A stretch of DNA of 64,000 nt from Rikenellaceae bacterium DTU049 (GCA_001513285.1 LFTI01000101.1:1309-65308); one strand, 5' to 3'. Numbered from the stretch's first letter, positions 10,431 to 19,900 are shown. Notes: generated by a model from the sequence alone, not told the origin. Translations and numbers: made by a program.

Positions 10431-12107
10431 ATGGATATGAAAAATTCAAAATTTACATCAATAAATACTCAGAAGGTAGCTCTGAGTCACTATGTGAGTA
10501 ATATTACATTTATTACAATACTTTTAGCATTAATATTATTTAATGGGGTCAATAATAAATCCCATGCCCAGGCACCAGCTATTGAATGGCAAAAATGCCT
10601 CGGCGGAACATCTGAAGATATTGCATACTCCATCCAGCAGACAAGTGATGGGGGATTTATTGTGGCTGGTGAAACATTGTCCAATGATGGCGATGTGTCG
10701 GGAAATCATGGAGGTAGAGACGCTTGGGTAGTGAAACTTAACAGTTCAGGGGATATTATATGGAAAAAATGCCTCGGCGGAACTGATCATGATTTTGCAT
10801 ACTCCATCCAGCAAACAAGTGATGGGGGATTTATTGTGGCTGGTTTAACAGGGTCCAATGATGGCGATGTGTCGGGAAATCATGGAGGTAGTGATGCTTG
10901 GGTAGTTAAACTTAACAGTTCAGGGGAAATTGAATGGCAAAAATGCCTCGGCGGTACAAATTATGATTTTGCATACTCCATCCAGCAGACAAGTGATGGG
11001 GGATTTATTGTGGCTAGTATTACAGGGTCCAATGATGGTGATGTGTCGGGGAATCATGGAGGTAGTGACTATTGGGTAGTGAAACTTAACAGTTCAGGGG
11101 GTATTGAATGGCAAAAATGCCTCGGCGGTACAAATAGTGATGGCGGAATATTTAATGATTATATATACTCCATTCAGCAGACAAGTGATGGAGGATTTAT
11201 TATGGCTTGTGAAACAATGTCCAATGACGGCGATGTATCGGGGAATCATGGATCTTATGACGCTTGGGTAGTGAAACTTAATAGTTTAGGGGATATTGAA
11301 TGGCAAAAATGCCTAGGCGGTACAAATAGGGATATTGCAAACTCCATCCAGCAAACAAGTGATGGGGGATTTATTGTGGCTGGCTCTACATCTTCCAATG
11401 ACGGCGATGTGTCGGGTAATCATGGATATGGTGACGCATGGGTAGTGAAACTTAATAGTTCAGGGGATATTGAATGGCAAAAATGCCTCGGTGGAACAAA
11501 TTCGGATTGGGCATACTCCATCCAGCAGACAAATGATAGTGGATTTATTGTGGCTGGTTACACACATTCCAATAACGGCGATGTATCAGGGAATCATGGA
11601 TATTATGACTATTGGGTAGTGAAACTTAACAGTTCAGGGGATATTGAATGGCAAAAATGTATTGGCGGTACAAATTATGAGTTTGCAAACTCCATTCAGC
11701 AGACAAGTGATGGTGGATTTATTGTGGCTGGTGAAACATTGTCCAATAACGGTGATGTGTCGGGAAATCATGGATATTCTGACGCTTGGGTAGTGAAATT
11801 AACAAATGAGCCGGATAGAATAAATGAAATAGAAAATTACAATTTACTCTCAATATACCCCAATCCATTCACAGAATATGCAATAATAACTTTTGATAAT
11901 CCTAAAAATGAAAAATACAAATTGCTTATTATAGATGTTACAGGAAAGGTAGTAATGGAAATTAATGAAATTTATGGAAATACAGTGGAAATTGATGGAA
12001 GTAATTTGTCTGCTGGGGTTTATGTGTTTGAACTGACCTGCGGTCAATGCGCTTTGGCAGGCGAAGAAGGGGAGAAGTTGTTCAGGGGGAGGTTTGTGGT
12101 AGAGTAA
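10431..12107 (+). CDS. secreted repeat (probable 7-bladed propeller) protein with T9SS type-A C-terminal sorting domain
   Basis: Signal peptide, then seven about 58-aa repeats 'WQKCLGGT..D.AYSIQQTSDGGFIVAG.T.SNDGDVSGNHG..DAWVVKLNSSGDIE'. A CTD follows ('LSIYPNPFTEYAIITF...SAGVYVFEL'). Confidence 0.85.
   Translation: MDMKNSKFTSINTQKVALSHYVSNITFITILLALILFNGVNNKSHAQAPAIEWQKCLGGTSEDIAYSIQQTSDGGFIVAGETLSNDGDVSGNHGGRDAWVVKLNSSGDIIWKKCLGGTDHDFAYSIQQTSDGGFIVAGLTGSNDGDVSGNHGGSDAWVVKLNSSGEIEWQKCLGGTNYDFAYSIQQTSDGGFIVASITGSNDGDVSGNHGGSDYWVVKLNSSGGIEWQKCLGGTNSDGGIFNDYIYSIQQTSDGGFIMACETMSNDGDVSGNHGSYDAWVVKLNSLGDIEWQKCLGGTNRDIANSIQQTSDGGFIVAGSTSSNDGDVSGNHGYGDAWVVKLNSSGDIEWQKCLGGTNSDWAYSIQQTNDSGFIVAGYTHSNNGDVSGNHGYYDYWVVKLNSSGDIEWQKCIGGTNYEFANSIQQTSDGGFIVAGETLSNNGDVSGNHGYSDAWVVKLTNEPDRINEIENYNLLSIYPNPFTEYAIITFDNPKNEKYKLLIIDVTGKVVMEINEIYGNTVEIDGSNLSAGVYVFELTCGQCALAGEEGEKLFRGRFVVE
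10587..11822 (+). repeat. coding tandem repeat, 7 units (six of 174 bp, one of 192 bp)
   Basis: Unit starts ('tggcaaaaatgcct') are at 10587, 10761, 10935, 11109, 11301, 11475 and 11649. Nucleotide similarity between units is high. Confidence 0.9.
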
Positions 12108-12122
12108 ATGCTAAAAGAGGGT
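12036..12122 (+). repeat. G/A-rich module (inverted orientation of the C/T-rich intergenic repeat family) overlapping the 3' end of CDS 10431..12107
   Basis: 'gcgaagaaggggagaagttgttcagggggagg' resembles the reverse complement of 12540-12560 and 38838-38858. It is locally GC-rich in an AT-rich genome. Confidence 0.5.
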
Positions 12123-12261
12123 AATTTTATAATAATGAATTTTATTTATTATTGCACAGTTAAATATTAACCACAAATTTAACAAAGAATGCACAAAGAA
12201 CACAGAGAATGATAGAAATTAATTGTCTGAAGTGGGATTTGGGAGATTAAAGGATTTTGGG

Positions 12262-12330
12262 ATTTACCCCGTGAGATAACTAGTATTCAACTTTTAATGT
12301 ATCTTTTACTCTATATCTCATGGGGTAAAT
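12262..12330. repeat. 17-bp inverted repeat (hairpin) inside the complex intergenic region
   Basis: 'atttaccccgtgagata' (12262-12278) pairs with 'tatctcatggggtaaat' (12314-12330). 16 of 17 positions are complementary and the mismatch is a G:U position. Confidence 0.7.
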
Positions 12331-12496
12331 TTATTATTTGTGCTCATTTGTATGCATTTGTGGACAATAAATAACAACCAGCAATGTCTATAATTTCATC
12401 CACAGATTTACACAAATTAACACTGATGATTTAGCTTTTTTAGTGCATTTGTTAATTAATTTACAGCTATTATCTTACTATACTATATAAACTATT

Positions 12497-12682
12497 CAAC
12501 TCCATCACTTATCACCTATCACTAATCACTAATCACCTCTTCTCCCTCTCTTCTCGTCACCACGTCTCGCAGTCTAATCGTCTCAACTTATCAACTTTAA
12601 ATTATAATTTGTGTGCATTTGTGGATTAATAACAACAATTGTATAGTTAAATATAAACCTAAATAATTTAACCAAAATAAAC
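12497..12682 (+). repeat. C/T-rich module plus 'tgcatttgtgga' core (intergenic repeat family B/C)
   Basis: 'cttatcacct...cctcttctccctctcttctcg...gtctcgcagtct' followed by 'tgtgtgcatttgtggattaataacaacaattgtata...aaataatttaacc'. Related copies lie at 24371-24670 and 57176-57293. Confidence 0.75.
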
Positions 12683-12721
12683 GTTATAGAACTTTAAATA
12701 TAAATAATTTTAAGAAAAAAT

Positions 12722-12859
12722 AAAAAAATTTTTTTATTTAAAAAGTATTTATTAATTTTGCAAAGTCAAAAACCCTAAAAACAAAAAGATATGAAAAAAT
12801 TAGCAATTTTAGTTTTTGTAGCAATGATTGCTGTATCATTCAGCAGTTGCCAAAAAGAA
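12722..12859 (+). repeat. promoter/5'UTR/lipoprotein-signal module, copy 1 of 4
   Basis: Near-identical to 23138..23273 (about 7 substitutions by manual alignment). Contains the -7 box taattttg and encodes MKKLAILVFVAMIAVSFSSCQKE. Confidence 0.85.
12753..12760 (+). promoter_or_regulatory. Bacteroidota-type -7 promoter box (TAnnTTTG)
   Basis: 'taattttg' lies about 30 nt upstream of the ATG at 12791. Confidence 0.45.
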
Positions 12860-13229
12860 GATACCCAAACAGCTATTATAAAATGTTAAAGAAATTGGAT
12901 TTAAGGGCGTTTTACAAAGTTGCCTTTACAGAATTGAAGGAAATTGTGTTTATGGCGTTTGTTGTACCCCTGGAGCTTTTGAACAATGTCCTTGCTGTTT
13001 TCCTTGTACTCCTATTATTATTGAAGGATCATATATTACTTTAGATTGTGCAAATATATTAGAAAAATTTGGTTTTACTGTGGATGAAATATCGATATGG
13101 CAAAATGATAAAAATGCTTTAGAATGCTCTGATACCTTCATTTTAAATCATTATAATTTTTATTTACTTTTATATGAACAAGGGCTATCAAAACATCCAG
13201 ATGAAATGTTAAAAAATATGAAAAAATAA
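12791..13229 (+). pseudogene. Cys-rich lipoprotein gene disrupted by a 1-nt frameshift
   Basis: A signal peptide plus lipobox ORF (ATG 12791) stops at 12887. A 115-codon ORF with no start codon runs 12882..13229 in the adjacent frame and encodes 'CLYRIEGNCVYGVCCTPGAFEQCPCCFPCTP...'. Removing one A from the aaaa run at about 12880-12883 fuses them. Confidence 0.5.
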
Positions 13230-13236
13230 AATAATT

Positions 13237-14388
13237 ATGAAAAAATATTATATTTTATTGATTAGTATGACATTGTGCCTTTGCTATTCCTGCCAAAATA
13301 ATAAAGACATAGCAAAAATAAATTTCACAATTGATAGCTGCACTATCAGTCATCCAGATATTAAGCAAATCACTAGTAAAATTAATATCGCAATGATAGA
13401 TATTAAAAAGTGGAATGATACTACTTTTTTATTTTTGATACCAAGCAATATGAATAGCACTATATCACTATACACCTACTACTGGGATAATGGTTTTAAT
13501 TTACTAAGCAAATATGAGCTCTCTGACAGCATAAGTAATTTTTTTCTCAAAAATCAATACAATAGCATTACATTTATAAATAAAGATTCATTAATTGCTG
13601 GCGGTAATAATAACTTTGCAATTATTGATTTGAAAAAAAATGAAATCTCACCATCCTATCGACCAAACGAAAATGAATATCTACAAGCGACACAGAATCC
13701 ACTACAATGGAATAGTAAACATAAATTATTATTATCAGAATATCTGAATTACTCTAATCCAACATCAGAGCTTGGCATTGTGCAGACTGAAATAATCGCT
13801 TGCATAGATTTCTATAATAATAAACTCTATAAAATCCCAATAAAAATGATTAATGAAGAGCAAATAAAGCTTGATCCTAATTATGTATTTCATTTTTCTA
13901 CTTTTGATGATAAAATTATTGGTAAACACAGCATAAAAAATGAGTTTTTAGTTTATAATTTTAATGATAATTCAGTAAAAACTATAGAAAATGATGCATT
14001 AGCAAATTTCAATAAAAAATTCACAAATAAAGAGAAGGAACGATTAGAAAAATTACAAAAACAGCTCGGACTATATGATTTTCGTTTGAATGAATTTGCA
14101 AATAATTATATACAAAAAGCTATCGTGTGCGATCAAACTAATGGTAATATTATCATAGCTTACTTAGATCCAGTGCCTCAGGATGGTAAAGATGATAAAA
14201 AACCTCCAATTTCTTATAGAGCTAAAACATTTTTAATTTTTGATAAAGATTTTAATTTGTTAGGAGAAATAAAAACTGATGTTGATAATTTCACACCATC
14301 AATGTTTTTTAGCATAGACAATAATATTTTCTTGATAGAGATTTGTTTTAATAAATTAAATATTAAAAGAATTTCCTATGAATCCTAA
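13237..14388 (+). CDS. hypothetical lipoprotein
   Basis: 383 aa. Signal peptide with lipobox ('LCLCYSC'). I recognise no family. Confidence 0.6.
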   Translation: MKKYYILLISMTLCLCYSCQNNKDIAKINFTIDSCTISHPDIKQITSKINIAMIDIKKWNDTTFLFLIPSNMNSTISLYTYYWDNGFNLLSKYELSDSISNFFLKNQYNSITFINKDSLIAGGNNNFAIIDLKKNEISPSYRPNENEYLQATQNPLQWNSKHKLLLSEYLNYSNPTSELGIVQTEIIACIDFYNNKLYKIPIKMINEEQIKLDPNYVFHFSTFDDKIIGKHSIKNEFLVYNFNDNSVKTIENDALANFNKKFTNKEKERLEKLQKQLGLYDFRLNEFANNYIQKAIVCDQTNGNIIIAYLDPVPQDGKDDKKPPISYRAKTFLIFDKDFNLLGEIKTDVDNFTPSMFFSIDNNIFLIEICFNKLNIKRISYES

Positions 14389-14806
14389 AAGATTTCTTTT
14401 ACTATTTTGTTTAATATTAATAATTTTCATAGTTAGTAGTTGCAGAGAAAAATATCCTGATGAAAAGCTCATAAATGAATATGTGGCTATAAATAAAGAT
14501 AAATTTAATAATGAAAATACTTTTTACCTATTATCTATGCGAGAAACTCCACTTTCTTGTGCTAATAAACTCATACAGTTTGATCCAGATAAAGTGATAA
14601 AGCGAATATCTGACTCACTGAAAAATGAAAAAATATTTTTACTCACTGATGAATTTATATATTTCTACTTAGACACTATACATGCAGGAAGTGTAAAAAT
14701 AATCATAGATTCTAGCTATGTATTAGACCAATACAGACTGCCACATTCAGCACATTTATTTTATTTTAAAAATGGGAAAATTAAAAATTGGCAAATAGCA
14801 TTATAG
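14378..14806 (+). CDS. hypothetical lipoprotein
   Basis: 142 aa. Lipobox 'IVSSC'. The start overlaps the upstream stop by 11 nt, which suggests translational coupling. Confidence 0.6.
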   Translation: MNPKRFLLLFCLILIIFIVSSCREKYPDEKLINEYVAINKDKFNNENTFYLLSMRETPLSCANKLIQFDPDKVIKRISDSLKNEKIFLLTDEFIYFYLDTIHAGSVKIIIDSSYVLDQYRLPHSAHLFYFKNGKIKNWQIAL

Positions 14807-14975
14807 TAATGCTATGCCTCAACAATCATTGAAGCCTTTGTCCAATTTCAAACAATTTTTTTTCAACTAATAATTCTTGGCGAACACAAGCCAATCTAAC
14901 TGTAGGAAAGATAGGCATTGTTAATATACCAAATGGCACTTATTTGTCATCAGCGTTAACAACTTACTCTAATTT

Positions 14976-15233
14976 ATGCCCATAACTACTGGCGAGGTAT
15001 TTCGCACAGATTGCCCATCTGCAAACTCTACTTATTGGCGTATGTTTAGAGGTGGTTCTGAAATAGCAAGATTTTATAATCTATCCACAGACTATAACTT
15101 ACGAATTGAGACATATTCTAAGGGGGGTAATATATTATTAAATCCCGCACAGATAACACGAATGATTATAACAGATGGAAATTTCCCAAGTACTCAACAA
15201 GGTTATGTTGGAATATATAGAAATTTAATCTAA
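14976..15233 (+). pseudogene. 5' fragment of a paralog of the tail-fibre-like gene 16946..20776
   Basis: 14991..15212 aligns with 17198..17419 with 11 substitutions and no indels (manual alignment). The fragment has no signal peptide, and homology ends abruptly at 'GYVGI'. Confidence 0.7.
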
Positions 15234-15305
15234 AAAATATTTTTATTTGTTAGTATTTTTATTTCAAAAATTTTATTTAATTTAGTAAGATTAAAATTTT
15301 ATAAT

Positions 15306-16820
15306 ATGAAAAAACAAAAATTTGCATTATTTATTTTATTTATTTCTTTTATGTTAGTATTTGGAAAATGTACTATTGCCCAAAACAATCCTGACCTCAA
15401 ACGTACCTGGCATTGGTATTTTGGAAAAGGCGCAGGTATTGATTTTAGCAGTGGCCAGGCAGTTGCTGATACTAATAGTAAAAGTTGGACAGTTAGGAAA
15501 ACTGCTGTAATGTCTGATACAGCAGGAAATTTTTTATTTTATGTTGCTGGTGAAGTTATTCCAGGGGTAAGCAATTATATGCATGTGTGGAATAAAAATC
15601 ATAATATTATGCAAAATGGAGAGTATATATTACCAAATAAATATCCAGAGCCTATGAATGGTGCTGTTATTATACCCAAACCGGGCAGTGATAATTTTTA
15701 CTACATTTTTACTGTAGATGACTGTTTTAATTCCTATGCCGATGGTTTTCGTTATTCTATTGTTGATATGAGTGCAAATGGGGGATTGGGTGAAGTTACT
15801 GAAAAAAGAATATTAATCCGTGACAATGTTGCTGAAATATTAGGGGCAATTAAACATTCAAATAATACTGATTACTGGGTAATAGTTCATGAATTATATA
15901 CAAATAAATTTCTTGCTTATCTTATAACAAATGGAGGAATTTCCACAAATCCTATAATTACAAATATTGGATATTGGTCAAATAGTAATATTTATAATTC
16001 TTATAATAGTAAGGGACAAGAAATAATTTTTAGTCTAAATGGGGAAAAAATAGGAATCTCTCTTTGTAATGACTATCAAAATACAGGAGATATTGACACA
16101 TTAGAATTATATAATTTTGATAGAACAACAGGCATCCTATCAAATAGAATATGCTTACCAGCTGATACTCTTATTCATTGTTTTTGTTTTTCCCCTAATA
16201 ACTCTAAACTATATATTGAATCTGGAGATATTACGGATAAAGTTCATCAATATGATTTAACTATTAATACTCCTGAGGCTATTTTAAACTCAAAAACATT
16301 AATTAAAGTAATTACGAATGCAAATAATAATGAATTCAATCAATCTTTTCAAATAGGACCTGATGGGAAAATATATGGTAGTTGTGAAATTACTGATATG
16401 TTAACAGTTATTGAAAATCCTAATGAACCCGGTTTATTATGTAATTATACCCCAAATGTTTTTTCTCTTAATGGTAAATATCCTTGTTGGGGATTTCCTA
16501 ATATAATTCAAAGTTATTATGATAATAGTATTACTAATGTTACAAATTTATTTTCTGATAATATTAAATTCCAGATTTATCCTAATCCATGCGAAGATTA
16601 CATTATTGTGCAAAATACAAATAATAATATTTATATTGATGGAATAAAAAATAATAATTTTAATTTCAAAATATATAACATATATGGTAAGTTATCAAAA
16701 GAAGGAATAACAAAAATTGGTGAAGAAATTAATGTAAGTAGCCTATCTCCTGGAATATATTTATTCCAGATATATATATCAAACACACAAATTATTAATT
16801 TTAAATTTTTAAAACTGTAA
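15306..16820 (+). CDS. secreted protein with T9SS C-terminal sorting domain
   Basis: 504 aa with a signal peptide. The N-terminal 'WHWYFGKGAGIDFSSG...MSDTAGNFLFYVAGE...VWNKNHNIMQNG' motif is common in Bacteroidota surface proteins. The CTD reads 'FQIYPNPCEDYIIV...SPGIYLFQI'. Confidence 0.75.
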   Translation: MKKQKFALFILFISFMLVFGKCTIAQNNPDLKRTWHWYFGKGAGIDFSSGQAVADTNSKSWTVRKTAVMSDTAGNFLFYVAGEVIPGVSNYMHVWNKNHNIMQNGEYILPNKYPEPMNGAVIIPKPGSDNFYYIFTVDDCFNSYADGFRYSIVDMSANGGLGEVTEKRILIRDNVAEILGAIKHSNNTDYWVIVHELYTNKFLAYLITNGGISTNPIITNIGYWSNSNIYNSYNSKGQEIIFSLNGEKIGISLCNDYQNTGDIDTLELYNFDRTTGILSNRICLPADTLIHCFCFSPNNSKLYIESGDITDKVHQYDLTINTPEAILNSKTLIKVITNANNNEFNQSFQIGPDGKIYGSCEITDMLTVIENPNEPGLLCNYTPNVFSLNGKYPCWGFPNIIQSYYDNSITNVTNLFSDNIKFQIYPNPCEDYIIVQNTNNNIYIDGIKNNNFNFKIYNIYGKLSKEGITKIGEEINVSSLSPGIYLFQIYISNTQIINFKFLKL

Positions 16821-16945
16821 AAAGATTTAATAAGAACTGATCATCCCGTTTTTAAAGGATTTTCTTCTCTCCTAATAAAAAAGCAGAAGGAAGTGATTAG
16901 TTTCCTCTCACTAATTAATCAGGAAACATATTAAAAATAATATTT

Positions 16946-19900
16946 ATGAAACAAAAAATTATTATTGCCTTTGTAGCATCGGTGATGCTACTGGCACAGC
17001 AACAAATTAATGCTCAACAATGGATCACAATGGGTAATTCTCAGAATCGATTTGCCCAACCCAGGAATACTGGAAACCAAGATAGTTGGATTCGCAGCAT
17101 TGGTGTCGGTTATTTTGATGGTGGTTACACAAATTCCTTTTTGCATGTTAATACCACTAATATGATATTACCGCATAATAGTAGCATCGCATCGTTAGGC
17201 GAAGTATTTCGCACAGATTGTCCATCTTCAAACTCTACTTACTGGCGTATGTTTAGAGGTGGTTTTGAAATAGCGAGATTATATAATCTATCCACAGACT
17301 ATAACTTGCGTATTGAGACATATTCTAAGGGGGGTAATATATTATTAAATCCCGCACAGATAACACGAATGATTATAACAGATGGAAATTCCCCAAGTAC
17401 TCAACAAGGTTATGTGGGTATAGGAGAAAATTTTTTAACACCACAATCATTACTTCACTTAAACGATGATCTTGCTGGCATAGCCAGTCCACATTCTACA
17501 TATTTGCAGATTACAAATTCAGGGACTACATCAAGCACAGGCAATACTTTAACAGATGGTTTCAAAGTTGGCATCACTCCTGATGGCACAGCTGAGCTGC
17601 GACAGCAGGAAATTAAACCGATAAATATATATACAAATAATACTCAACGAATGATAATAACAAACGATGCTACTACTGGCGAACCACGTGTGGGGATTGG
17701 AGGTTCTAATTTAACAACTCCACGTGCATATTTGCATATAGGTGATAATGCATGGCCAACCACGGGGTATCGGACATGGATGAACAAAGGTGTTTATATA
17801 CATTCCGGTTTAAATGAACAAAATCATGATAACATGTATATTGGGCTTAGATTTCTACCAGAACCTCCCCATGGCCGCACAGACGCAATTATTAACTGGG
17901 GAAATAACCCCATAGCTACCGCTGAACAAGACCGTCTGAGATTCGTATTTACAGCACCACCTGCATTGGGTCTTGTTGCAAGTTCTAACGATGGCCTTGA
18001 AGTAGCCCGCATGGTTAGTAATGGAAATCATGGTTTCGTGGGTATTGGTGATTTCTGGACACCAGATATTGAGCCAATAAATCAGTTAGATGTTAGAGGA
18101 AATACGGTAGTAGGAACCTCTTATGCAGGTTTAGTTACAGCACCCACAAATGGCATGTTAGTTCAGGGTTTTACAGGGATAGGTCCAACTTTTTCATCCG
18201 CTTATCATCCCAATCGTCAACTTGAAGTTTTTGATGCTAATGCTCCGCAATTACGATTAACACGGACCATTACTCATATTACACGCTATACAGACTTTGA
18301 AACCACTCCATATGGAAATCTTCGCATTAATCCAAGTGATACTGGATTGCTTCCACTTAATGGTAAAGTAGGCGTCAATCTTGCCAGTGGATTAGAACCC
18401 AAAAATACATTGGAGATAACTTCAGGTCCAACATCGCCATCACCAAGCGGTCTTCGATTTACAAATCTAACATGGTCATCACAAACAGTTCCAAATGGAG
18501 GTAATAATGGCGTTCTCACTGTTGATGCTGATGGTGATGTAATTTATGTGCAAGCACCAACAGGAACAGGTTTTGGACAAGCATGTAGTGCTATAGGTAA
18601 TCCTGGACAACTTACGCAAGATATTGAAGTTCCTACTAATACATTTAATTTTGTATTTACCAATAATCAAAATCAACTAGCTACACAAAATAATATAGGT
18701 ATCGGTTTACCAAATGCTAATTGTAATCCTATTGCAAAATTAGATGTATTACAACACTCAACTGACTCTGCTACTATTGGAATAAATGTTATTAATAATG
18801 ATCCAGGAAATGTATTTTATTTGGGTTCACCTCATGCGGGAGCATCTATTGGTATTTTATCAGAGGTTAATGGTATTAATACTACTGAAAATTCAATAAA
18901 TATTGCAGGTGGTTTTATTTCCAGTGGTGCTGATATTAATATATCTGGATTTTTTGAAACACCACATTTTTATGGCAATTATTATTTAAAAAATTTTGCT
19001 ATATATGTTCCTAGAGATAGAGGTAAAATACAATTTGGTGGTTCTACTTATAATAATGTCCCATATTTGTTAACTGTTTTTGGGGAGGCAGCAAAACCTG
19101 CTGGTGCTACATGGATTAATTTCTCTGATTCTTTATTTAAAACAAATATAATACCTTATAAAGATGGTTTAGATATCGTAAGAAAGATAAACCCTGTTTC
19201 TTTTAATTATAAAAAATTATTAGGAGTTTCTGAAAACAGACGATATGTTGGTACAATTGCACAAGAACTTGCTCAAATAGCACCTTATATGGTAGATACA
19301 GTAATGATGGTAATTGATAGCATTGATACAACAAAAAAGCCTGTTCTTACTTTAAATTCAGATCCATTTTTCTATTTGTCTATTAATGCCATAAAGGAGT
19401 TAGACAGCATTGTATCACAAATACAACGTCCACCATTACCTCCACAACTAATAGACCCTGCAAATGAAGCAACAGAAGCGTCACCTATTCCCGAATTTCA
19501 ATGGCATCATTCTTTTAGTGCTTTTGGTTACTATTTATATGTATCGACAACACCTGATACCAGCGGGCTCGTTTGTATCATTAATACTACTGATACAGTA
19601 GCTACAATATTAGGAATTGGCAAACGCGAAATTACAAGTGTAAATGAACAACAAACTCAACAAATACCTGTTCAAAGAGAGGAAATAGGTAGGCTAAATT
19701 GTGGCAATACTTATTACTGGTGGGTTAAAGCATATAATCAATATGGATACAGCAGCCCATCAGAGACATGGGATTTTACAACCGCACTACTACCCGAGCC
19801 ACCACTATTATCCTTACCTGCTAATGGCACTACTGATATAGAACAAGATTCTGTAGTTTTATCATGGCACTCACCCCAAGGTGCAGCTTATTATGTGGTA

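Noticed and set aside
10587-11822. Regularly spaced repeats as a possible CRISPR array.
   Set aside because: The repeats are contiguous 174-bp units with no unique spacers, lie in one long ORF and encode a conserved protein repeat. There are no cas genes in the window.
12879-12890. Programmed +1 frameshift joining the signal peptide to the Cys-rich ORF.
   Set aside because: I see no slippery or shifty-stop context of the prfB type and no upstream stimulatory element. A simple A-run indel (mutation or sequencing error) is more economical.
12847-13141. ORFs 12847..13044 (+) and 12950..13141 (-).
   Set aside because: They overlap the longer start-less Cys-rich frame (12882..13229), which joins to the lipoprotein signal peptide after a 1-nt correction. 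They have no motif support of their own.
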